Below are positions 39,040 through 49,757 of a stretch of DNA of 49,757 nt, piece by piece. Origin of the DNA: Octopus bimaculoides (taxonomy: Eukaryota); the NCBI RefSeq assembly GCF_001194135.2, contig NC_068982.1, positions 158,352,815 through 158,402,571 of the forward strand, written 5' to 3'. Below the pieces are notes generated by a model. It saw only the letters and a list, made by a program, of their open reading frames with translations. It was not told the DNA's origin and did no database searches. The stretch's first letter is position 1. Each line of letters starts with the position of its first letter. The position numbers and the translations under genes were made by a program.

Positions 39040-40650
39040 GGTGAAACAATTTGTTTTGTACTAGTTGTGCACTATACAAACATGCATAGATACGTATCAT
39101 AAGAAGGTACTGTGAATAAAGATAGAGTGACACGAGAATATTATGCTCGACTTAGAAAAGTACGGCAGTTGGAACATTCCTCTTACAACAAGATAATATC
39201 CCACAATGCATTTGCATTGCCAGTGCTGACACCAGCATTTGGGATAGTTTACTGCTCTGTCGAAGAAATCCACTCCTAGTCGTTAAAACACGCAAATACT
39301 GACGTCAGCTGGAGAAATCCACAAAAGTAGTGATATCGACAGATTTTACCGAAGAAGAAATATTAATATTGATTTCAGATTGTAGCACATGCCCAGTAAT
39401 TTCGTGGGAGGGGTAAGTCGATTTCGTTGACATCAGTGTTCCATTGGTACTCATTTCATTGAGCTGGCAGAAACGTTAGCACACCGGGCGAAATGCTTAG
39501 CGGTATTTCGTCTGCCGCTACGTTCTGAGTTCAAATTCCGCCGAGGTCGACTTTGCCTTTCATCCTTTCGGGGTCGATTAAATAAGTATCAGTTACGCAC
39601 TGGGATCGATATAATCGACTCAATCCGTTTGTCTGTCTTTGTTTGTCCCCTCTGTGTGTAGCCCCTTGTGGGTAGTAAAGAAATAACTCATTTCATTGAT
39701 CTCAAAAGGATGAAAGTCAAAATCGACCAAGCCAGAATTTAAACTCAGTACGTAAAGATGGTCGAAATCCTGCAAAGCATTTCACCATGCATGCGAACCA
39801 TTGTGCCAACTCGTCGCCTTAAAGAAAGCAATAACATTGGTATGAAGTGAAGCGTCTCTTACACTCGTGACCACTACATCACATCTTATTTGAAAGGCTA
39901 AAAATGCTCAATCTAAGAACAGGAAACTGATACGATATACCTAATAAACAAAACAGACAACCTTGGAGTTCCAGTATGCAATCGAAAATGTTTGCGTCGT
40001 ATTTCTATGGAAAACATTACACACGCGACTAGTAGCTGCCCCAAATTGTTGGCAAAATACTACCTCCGTATGTGACACGACGTTGTCGGAAAACAATATA
40101 CAATACTATCCGTAAAAATGACTATTCTTGAATACATATAGAGAATCCCACCGTTATTGAATATATACACAACTATTAACACACGGTATAGTGGTGGAAA
40201 ATTCCCATCAACACATTTGTTAAGTGTTAACTTAACAGACCGGATATTGTTGTACCATCATTGATATCACCTGTCATGCCGATATGAATATAGCTTTCAA
40301 AATCAAAGAATAAAAAAACAGCTAACTATGGATATCTGTTTCCAAACCACCAGCTTTTTATATCCAGATTAGAAATTTAGATTTATATCAATAATAACTG
40401 GCGTGCTTAGTTTTGAGTGTAAATGCCTAACTCACAGGCTGGATAAGGTTGGATTTTCTGAAAAAGAAGTCAACGAACTAAGTCGCACATTGGAAATATA
40501 ATTTGTAAGTAGAACTGTAAAAATATGCATGACTTTCCACAAGTTCAGAAAGTGACAATGTTTTTGTTTTCTTTTTTTTATTTATCAGCATTCCAAATAT
40601 GGAGCTTTGTATCTTTGATAGGAATCAGCTCTTTCTTCAGAGGAAGAGTT
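39040..40650 (+). mobile_element. Degenerate R4/NeSL-type (RLE) non-LTR retrotransposon with nested SINEs
   Basis: YNKIISHNAFALPVLTPAFG..KSSDIDRFY (RT thumb), C..C..ITHATSSCP (CCHC-like), NRPDIVV (RLE), VSRTVKICMTFHKF. Confidence 0.75.
39461..39686 (+). mobile_element. Young SINE family A with 14-bp TSD, inserted into an older antisense SINE
   Basis: actcatttcattga at 39449-39462 and 39686-39699. Confidence 0.9.
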
Positions 40651-43600
40651 TAAGTAATTAAAAGCAGAGGAGAATATACATACATACACATTCACACACA
40701 CACACACACACACATACACACACACACACACACACACTTGAAACATGCACTTGATGTTTGATATTCTTAAGAATGATGCATCTATAAAAGAAACTCCTTT
40801 ATAAATTTGAGTGCATTAATCTGCATCTGGTTAATACATGAGAATAAGTAATGCTCCTTTGACAAATAAAGAGCGACACATATCTATAAATCTTCACGTG
40901 TTCTTTTAAAATCAATCTTTATCTGAAATATATTAAATTATAAAGAATAGCAAGTATTGTGGTCTAAATTTACTTCGCAGATGTTCAATCCGTAAGATAT
41001 TGTTTCAAATTCAAATTTGATAAAATACTGAGGTATTTCAGAAGATTTACTAAATTTTTCGAATTTTCATTGATGCTAATGTTGTCGTTATTTAGCTACC
41101 GAGTCATCTACGATGCGGTAGACATTTTATCAAACGCTCACACTTATTGACCATACGTTTTCACAAGTATTATGCTTCTATGCAATTTGATACAATATTT
41201 TACTGGTATTTCTAACAGTTCAACAGAGGTTCCGGTGTTGCATTATTACGCTGATGTTTTAAATTCAACTCATGTCTTTACATAATAGACTTTCCCTCTT
41301 TTATTGAAATATATTTGGGATATTCGACTGGAAATATCAACCACCATGTCAAAAAGGCGCGGAATCGTGATGTCATGCGCTGTGGGGAATTTGCTAATAT
41401 TGTCTCTACTGAAACAATATACATAGTCACACTCACTCACTCAAATGTATTCAAACACGTATAAACATTGAATTATTTCTTGAATAAAAAAAATATATGC
41501 TTATTAGTCCTCGAGTTATTCTTTTACTTGGTCTCTTCATATCCCAGTCTGAAAGGTTGTTTATAGGTTTTATGTTTTGCAGATGAATGAGTGAATTGGA
41601 AAAGAAAGTGTGTGGTTCAGCTACTGTGTGATGTTGTCAGTATAATTTAGACAACGAAAAAAAAAAAAAGAAAGAAACAATAATCTTTGAAAAAGATATG
41701 AACACAGTTAGCTTCGACTGCCTCTCTTTACAAGTAATATTATTAGAGATTAGAAGAGCCGGTGATCTATGCGTGTTTCAGGTGTACAAAGCTTAGATTC
41801 TGACTGTGTGTTTTGTTATTTTGCTCTGCAGAGGAAAAACAGAACTACAAAAGAAATGTGTGTCTTGAGTGAATGCAAGTGGGCCGACATTTTGTGGTTG
41901 AAAGACTGGGCGAAGCGAACATTTTATTAGTGATAAAATAATGGAAAACGAATGAGTAAGCAGTCGTTTAGTGAAAGCGGCACTGTGGGGAGTAAACTAC
42001 TCTTAGCCACTAAAACTTCACAGTATCTGTTAGAAATAACAATTGAATCTCCATCAAATTATGAACCTAATGTGTTTAGAAAGAAATAATATATTAAATA
42101 CTCTAGCAGAGTTTACTTCATGACGGAACAAAAAGAGACATTTTGATCACGGCTTATAAGAGGCTGAACAACAACAACAACAACAACAATCATAACCATA
42201 ACAACAACAATAGTAACAAGAATAACAGTAGTGTGGTGCTAACAGCAGAGAATGTAACATCAGATATTGAGAGTATTTTTTCTTTTTTTATATATATTTC
42301 ACAGAGAAAAAATCTTGTCACGGAATGCAAATTGTCCAATTTTTTTACAAAGTACCTACATTCGATTTAAACGCGTTTGATATTATTTGACATGGGAAAA
42401 AATATAACACTGAAGATATTTAAGAAATATTGAATATCTTTTGCAAAATAAAATACTTAGTACACTGACCCCCTAAATGCCAAATATATTTCAGTAATTA
42501 CGTTGTTATGGAGCACAGTTACGTTTTCAGTTAAACTAGATTCCCTTCTGAGATGATTTGGCTGGTGAAAACATTGGCTAATATTAGTTATAAATTCATT
42601 TCCCATCATTGTCTTGTACAAATTTTATCAACTAGGCATGTCGGTTTCTACACAGTCTGATAGACATAGGACACGCATATTCATCCGTTTATTTTGATAC
42701 TTCGTGATTTAAAACGTTATATTTGTTATATCTTTAGAATCAAATTCATCTTAAAATGTATTTAGTTGCTTTATTGTTTTATTATCCAGAACCTGTGCCA
42801 TTGCATTATGCAGTAGTCGTTGATTTCAATTTATCAATAAATAAATAAATAGATCTAAAAAGACAATTTAATAACACATTCAAAAATTATGCTCAATTCA
42901 GAAACATAATGTAAATATAGAAAAATAAAAACTATGATAATACGAATTTAGAAATATCTAGAGACTCGCAAATTGATGCGCTTCAATAAAGTAACATTTA
43001 CATAAATTGAAAATTTCTTGACAATGCTGTCTCTAAGAACAACAATTATAGACTAATTACATAAATAGTTCACTTTAAACACAATCCAAATATTAAAAAT
43101 ACATTAAAAGAATAAAGCAATTAAACATATTTATTTGAATACTTTTCAAAAGCATGTTGTTATTTTTATTAATAATATTAATTAAAGAAAATAAAATATG
43201 TGAAGGAAATTATTATTCATAACAAATTGTTACACAAAACAACAAATTGCGATTCACCAAAATTAAAATTCACAGCAAATTTCAGCTCTGAGTAAATTTT
43301 TAGATGAAAGTTAAACATAATTTATAATTAAAAAATTAAGAAATATTTCTTCAATAATAACAATGTATTTAATAAGACGACTGCATCTAAACCAGATAAA
43401 AAAAAATTACATTAATCATATTTCCGGATGTACAAAAAGAAAACAATTTGGAAATTTGAAAATTATTCTAAAATATAGCGTCATAATACTCTAAAATTAA
43501 ACAAGTAGAATAGGAAAAACACTCAGAATAGCTTCAAATGAGTGTGCTTACGTTTTCAATTTTCATTGTGCTACTAAATGACTGAACCATTTAGGAATTC

Positions 43601-43739
43601 AAATATAAAAAGCGAATTGTAAAAGAAGCAATACACGCGAAATAGAATGTGATTATATGTAGATACTTACGTGTGTGTGTGTATGTGTGTGTGTGTGCGT
43701 GCGTGTGTGTGTGTATGTGCGTGTATGTATGCGCACGCG

Positions 43740-43776
<37 letters not shown>

Positions 43777-44400
43777 TAATCTTCATAAAAGAGAAATCAC
43801 TCAGAATGGGCAGTGGAAGCATTTAAACTGCTTAGAAAAATACGGTTATTTCAAATACCATACGACATAAATTCTTCATTTATTAAAAGTATCTTCTCCT
43901 GCAGAGAATGCGTCACAATTGTCAAATGACATTTGAGTCCACTTCAGTATGAAGAGTAATTATCTTACAATTTTGACTTACTCTCAGGAGGTAAGAAAAA
44001 AGCCATGGATACATGTTTCGACTTCAAGAGAAGTTGTGAGCGATTTTTGCATATGTTTAAGTCTGTTGGGTTCCAGATATAAGTCTGGACAATAGATGTG
44101 CTGATGATGCTTACTGAATCACGAGTAGAAAACTGTATATTTAATCTCATCTTTTGGTACATGCACACTAATACTGATTCCCAGTATCTAATATCAGTTT
44201 TCTGTTCCCATTTAGACGAACTTCTTCCACCTGTACTGATCTTTCCATTGTCCTTATTAGAATCACTCATCGAGAATATTCTTGAATCCGAGCAATTTTG
44301 ACGATATATACGATATGTATCATATGTAAATAATTAGACACGTTTACATGATGATTTTCCATTCTTTGAATTTATTTATTTGCTTAAGTATTTTTGTTTA

Positions 44401-44471
<71 letters not shown>

Positions 44472-44472
<1 letters not shown>

Positions 44473-44718
44473 GTAGTTTTATTTTTATAACGTGCTTTCA
44501 CTTCACTACCGAGCGCAGCTCTGTGTGCCTTGGGTATGTGCTGTGGTTTGCTGTGATGCTCTTATGGTTACTGTATTGAAAGTGTTTTGCGTAGGATGTG
44601 TGCAGTGCCCAGTAGTGCAATTTTCTGTATGTTATATATATTTGTAAGTCCTGGTGTTTTTGTTATGTATTTGTCTGAACATTTTTTTATTATACCTAAG
44701 GCACCTACTATGATAGGA

Positions 44719-44720
<2 letters not shown>
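44472..44720 (-). mobile_element. Short 3' end of an R4/NeSL-type element between (AAT)n tracts
   Basis: PIIVGALGIIKK..IQKIALLGTAHILRKTLSIQ* followed by 3' UTR. Confidence 0.85.
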
Positions 44721-44784
<64 letters not shown>

Positions 44785-44865
44785 GTTGTTGTTGTTGTTG
44801 TTGTTATTATTATTAGTAGTACTATTATTAATATTATTGTTGTTGTCGCCTTCTCAGAACGCTCC

Positions 44866-44922
44866 GTCTTGTTTGTTCTGGTAGATTCTGTGAGATCGGA
44901 CATCTACCAGAACAAACAAGAC
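44866..44922. repeat. Perfect 21-bp inverted repeat (hairpin)
   Basis: gtcttgtttgttctggtagat (44866-44886) / atctaccagaacaaacaagac (44902-44922). Confidence 0.95.
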
Positions 44923-44930
44923 CATTATTG

Positions 44931-44994
<64 letters not shown>

Positions 44995-44996
<2 letters not shown>

Positions 44997-46690
44997 CTTT
45001 TTATCACATGTTTTATTGGAACTCCTGGAGTCTTGCTTGCTATTCGTACTTTTCAACTATCTAATACTTTCCTGTGTATTCTGGCCGTGCAAGGAGTGGG
45101 CACTCTATTCCAATTTCTTTTATTTTCCTCTTGATGCCTTCTGATACTGTTCCCAAGGCCCCAAAAATAATTGGCACTATCTTCACCTTCTTAATTTTCC
45201 ACAGCCAGGTTATTTCGTACTTAAGAGGGTTGTATTTATCTCTCTTTTCTCTTTCCTTCTTGACTATTTGTGGGTCAAAAGGGCATGCAGCATCAACTAT
45301 ATAACACATCTGATGCATCGTGTCAACCACCACTAGGTCCGATCTGTTATATTCTAGCACCTGATTTGTTTGGATTGGGAACTTCCAGAAAATTTTGCTA
45401 GTCTCCGACTCCACCTCTTTCTGCAGTTTGTGCTCATATAACATCTTGCCTCTGTCTATCCCCCACTTATCGCACAGTTTCCAATGTAGCACTTTCGCTA
45501 CCTGATCATGTCGCCAAACTTGTAGTGGTTTGGGGCAAGTCTAGGGCATTCGTTTGTGATATGGTATCATCCACTCTATTACAGATGCAGCACAACGGAG
45601 GTACTTGTTCATTCCAATGGTTGACCCTGCACTTCGTGACCAAGACTTGGTCTTGTGATGTCAGTATGTTGCTCTTGGTCTACTTGTTTAGTGTTTCTTT
45701 CTTCAGCTAATCCCACCTAATTTTCCAGCGTCTTCTGTTGTGGCTACATGGAATTGAATTTGAAGTCCCTTGTTGTGTAATTCTTCTCCGTCTCGGTTTC
45801 CACTTTGAGCTTGCATCGATAAATGTACCTCACATTGGGGTGGGGGTAGTCGTTCCTGCTCTTCTCTAATATATCGGCACAGCATCCCCACTAAGTCTTG
45901 TTGTTCATCATCATATTCTTGTAATAAAGGTCCTCCCATTGTTTCTGCTTCCTTTGCTGAGAATGAATTTCCATTTACACTCTACTTTTCACTGCCGCCA
46001 TTCATTTCTCTATACTCGCTGGGCACGTTATCTGTTAGTAAAGTATTATTTCTACTTTCTACTTTCCTTTTTATCTCTTCACTTTCCATGTATATTAACC
46101 GCACTTTTGCCCTTATTACTCTTGCCTGGTCGGCTAGCGTATTTCGAAGAGTCCTATTTCATTCAATTTTGCTTTCATACGTTGTCGGAATCCCCTTCTA
46201 TTGGGTTCACTCCTAGCATTCAATTATCGTTCAGTTTGCCTTCTTATCCCACCTTCTTCCCTGCCTCTAACTTTGTGTATAAGCAGTATCTGGATGACGT
46301 CCAGGCTTGTGCTGCTCAGTCAGACGGCGCGTGCCGGGCGAAATGCTTTCAAATCTGGTTCCAGCCTCATTTGCACCATTACATGATACATTTGTATTAC
46401 ACATTTTAATTCAACGTTGAAGTATGTGTTTTAAAGTTAGCAACCATCTGGTATTTTTTTTATCGTGATACCATGTCTAGTAAGATTGTCAACCAAGACT
46501 GCAGAAGTCTTACTACCCATAAGATGGGCCTGTTCCTATCACATTCCTGTATGCTGGCGGCCATAATCACGATTCTCACTATGGGATACTCTTCATTCAA
46601 ATATTGCTCCAGAGTTAAATCCCGATTCCCGGTTGATCCGCCTTCATCCCAGGCATGAAGCCATTGGATGCTGGCAGGTTGTCATTACTG
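44995..46690 (-). mobile_element. R4/NeSL-type non-LTR retrotransposon remnant (RT C-terminus, CCHC, RLE endonuclease)
   Basis: HDQVAKVLHWKLC..FWKFPIQTNQVLEYNRSDLVVVD..IVDAACPFD..EKRDKYNPLKYEI..IVPIIFGALG. Confidence 0.85.
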
Positions 46691-46694
46691 TGAT

Positions 46695-46850
<156 letters not shown>

Positions 46851-46869
46851 AAGAAGAAGAAGAATTATA

Positions 46870-47020
46870 TGAAACGGCAAGATACCAAAATCGTTAGCAA
46901 GCGGGGCAGAATGCTTAGCGGCATTTCGTCCGTTTTTAAATTCAAACTACGCAGCAGTAGAGATACTCGACTTGTCCTCTCCAAAAATTCCTCGGCTTGT
47001 GCCTATAATAGAAAGGATTT
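46870..47020 (+). mobile_element. Internally deleted SINE family A
   Basis: aaatcgttagcaagcggggcagaatgcttagcggcatttcgtc...gtgcctataatagaaaggatt. Confidence 0.7.
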
Positions 47021-47087
<67 letters not shown>

Positions 47088-47420
47088 ATGAAAAATCACA
47101 GCTTATTCTGTTGGGAATGATGGAATATGTCACATGTCTACAGCCAGCAGTCTAAGATGACACTTGTTTACTGGTCATGCTTCAAGAACCCTGCGAAGAA
47201 TTCTTGCAGCTCCAAGCAGTGTTGATTTTTGCACCAATCGTTTTCAGCCATGCTGGTAGTTGAGTTTTGATACTTCGAAGTGCATCAATTACTATTGGTA
47301 TCATGTCTCTCTCTTCATTGGCCACAACATTCGTATTTCCTACTACTGGTATCGTTTCTTCTCCCTTCGTATTTCCAATTACTAGTGGTATGATATCCAC
47401 TCTCTTCCTTGACCTCAATC
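47088..47420 (-). mobile_element. Short 3' end of a further R4/NeSL-type element
   Basis: MIPIVIDALRSIKTQLPAWLKTIGAKIN plus frameshifted LQEFFAGFLKH* C-terminus. Confidence 0.65.
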
Positions 47421-47454
47421 TTACTATTATTATTACTATGATTCGTATTATTAT

Positions 47455-47990
47455 TTGGTGAGAGAGCAGCTTATGCCATTTAAGTTTCCTTGAGGTAGAA
47501 ATGTACGAAGCCCAATATACCCGACATGACTACCTTTTTTATGAGGGTACGTTACGCACATCACAACTATATGTGCGCGACACTGTAATCTCATATCCAT
47601 AAAAAACAGCACATAAAATTGCAGGTGGTTCGCAGTTAGAATTTTCGTCTGGTCGAGTAACCAATCCCGCTCAAAAAGTCCCTTAATAAGACTTATGTAA
47701 GGACGATGAACGAAACACCCATGTTCCCAGAGGTGAATTATTCAAACCCCAAATAATTCCTCCTAACACATGGTTATGATGCTCTCCTACTACTTCTGCT
47801 CATGATCAGAGATACACATATCATCAGCCACTAAAGCACATATTCAACTGGTTAAGATCAAGCAACTGACAAGGAAATATGCTGTATTGAGCAGAATAAT
47901 TGCTGTAGCCCATCTTTTATAGGAAGTGAAAACCTGGACATGAGAACACTTCCAATCACTTAAGATCAGAGGCTGAAACGGCATCATTAA
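47455..47990 (+). mobile_element. Non-autonomous retroposon-like repeat, family D
   Basis: Inverted counterpart of 25705-26245; head fragment also near 30090-30200. Confidence 0.75.
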
Positions 47991-49321
47991 TCTTACTTAT
48001 TTTCTTCATTGTTGATACTACAATCATGTTAAGCTTCAAAAGTATTGCTCTTCTACTTTAGCATTTTGTTCTTAAAAATAATAACAAAGTCACTTGTTAT
48101 TGTTACTAGTATTATTAGTTGTATTAGTATTATTCATTTCAACTTATGCTTAGTACTTGTATTATTGATGTAGCTGTATGAATGTAGTTAACGATTGTAC
48201 TATTGTTAATGTTATTAAAAGTACTATTAATGTTTTGTTTTCACCTTTTACTCGTGTGATTTATAATTAGCATTAAAACTGACTGTCACAGTATATTATA
48301 TAGTATAATGAAATGGCAAGATTGCATATCTCAAGCTCAATTTATATGAGACCTTAATAGCAATGAATTGGTTTAATAAATATTTTCTAAAATACAAGAC
48401 GTTATACTCTTGAGAGAGAATGCGTGGTTTCGGATTTTCCTAAAACTGCCAGCTAAAGGATCGTATACCCCAGCTTCTTCAAATATTAATCTATTTACTG
48501 TTAGTTTATTGCAATTTATATTTATTTTCTTTCTGTCTGTGGTTAAAGTTTATTTGTCTTCCAATCTACATAATTATTTTTTTTTATCATTGAGTTATTT
48601 TTATTGCTCCTCTTCCCAATATGCATTTCTAACTATAGTCGCTTTTATCATTTGTCTCTTTCTATGTTTCTTTCTTTCCACTGTTCATCCTATGGTTTTT
48701 ATAACACATTTCTTTTTATTCTGTCTACTTTGCTTATAATCGACTGATGACAATGCGACCTACGCAATAAATTGTTACGTAATCACTGAAAATGTACGTA
48801 TTCATTGCAATCCAAGTTTCTACGAATTCTAATATACACACTGACACATAAATGCAGGCACTCACACACATATACACATATGCGTTAAATAATCGTTGAA
48901 ATCTTCCAATTATCTATGAAATTATGTTGAAGATTATGAAATAGTAGAAATATCGGTAAACAATTACTTAATGAACAGAACGTACGTTTAATCGGTTTCG
49001 TCATTAAATGGTAATAAGAAGTTAACTAGCGAGAGAAGTATCTTAAAGAAAGCAATGCAGCTTAAGGGCAAATAAATAAAACAATTCCAGACGAAAATAT
49101 AACAAAATATATACAGCGTACTTGCATCATTGCGCACGTCCGACTGTCCATCCGTCAATACACACACAAGCACATTCACACAGACAGACAGGCAGATAGA
49201 CCCCCCCCCATACACATTCTCTCTCTCTCAGGAGCATATCGGACGCTGATATAATGTCTTAAGTTTATGTTGTTATTGTCGTATAGTAACATAATTTTAG
49301 TCATTGTGCCCGACACCCATC

Positions 49322-49326
49322 CATCC

Positions 49327-49370
<44 letters not shown>
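49322..49370. repeat. (CCAT)/(TATC)n microsatellite
   Basis: Directly visible. Confidence 0.95.
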
Positions 49371-49371
<1 letters not shown>

Positions 49372-49372
49372 A

Positions 49373-49757
49373 GCTTTCGATAGGGTAGACCATCACTACT
49401 TGGAAGCCGTCCTCATAGCGGCTGGTTTCGGTCCCGTCTTCCGCGGTTGGATCGCTGCCTTATACAGCGGCATCCGCTCGGTAGTTCGCGTAAACGGTCA
49501 TCTATCCAGACCTTTCGGCATCATGCGTTCGGTTCGTCAAGGATGCCCCCTCTCGGCCCTTCTGTATGTATTGATTCTTGAGCCTCTACTGCGGAAGCTG
49601 GCGACGCTCAGGGGCATCCCACGAGAACTGGGATGTGGGACGAGCGTGTCTGCATACGCGGACGACGTCACCGTCATAGTGTCGAGCCAAAAGCACATCG
49701 AGCTGGTCGGCGAGAGACTAAAAGAATACGAAGTGGTAACGGGAGCAAATATTAACC
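49373..49757 (+). mobile_element. Tx1/L1-clade LINE reverse transcriptase, 5'-truncated, running off the window end
   Basis: 128 open codons: AFDRVDHHYL..GFG..WIAALY..VRVNG..RSVRQGCPLSALLYVLILEPLL..AYADDV..YEVVTGANIN. Absent from the ORF track. Confidence 0.95.

Noticed and set aside
41103-41138. VIYDAVDILSNA, resembling the ATD motif ALxYDAV
   Set aside because: Wrong strand relative to the receptor exon, and a stop codon follows within four codons.
42540-42620. Minus-strand GNEFITNISQ as a possible preceding exon end
   Set aside because: No phase-0 GT donor after the Gln codon and no conserved Trp upstream.
44101-44140. CTGATGA-tgct...agta-GAAA
   Set aside because: Helix II is marginal, and no helix III or helix I partner exists on either side.

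Overview
AT-rich, microsatellite-saturated eukaryotic scaffold segment with 8 N-gaps. The repeat repertoire resembles an Octopus (coleoid cephalopod) genome; this is inferred from the SINE types and is not database-verified. The only host coding sequence I can support is a 105-bp phase 0/0 exon on the minus strand (38275-38379, VNIEGLTGRIRYDDRGLRTDIDLDILELSKIGFDK) from the amino-terminal domain of a kainate-type ionotropic glutamate receptor, so the rest of the window is most likely its flanking introns. These contain at least three tRNA-derived SINE families (A, B and C are my labels) plus one retroposon-like family (D), remnants of CR1/L2-, RTE-, R4/NeSL- and Tx1/L1-type LINEs, a degenerate maT-like (DD37D-type) transposon, and several foldback/MITE elements. 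The most notable signals are: two hammerhead-ribozyme-like motifs of the Penelope minimal type (both with core deviations), an uninterrupted Tx1-type RT fused to a (TATC)n tract, a perfect 21-bp pre-miRNA-sized hairpin, a ~100-bp-arm foldback 0.5 kb downstream of the receptor exon, and a cluster of R4-type elements embedded in (AAT)n tracts. Almost all ORFs in the supplied track are microsatellite, gap or transposon artefacts. I found no evidence for a novel multi-gene system. Boundaries of degenerate repeats are approximate.
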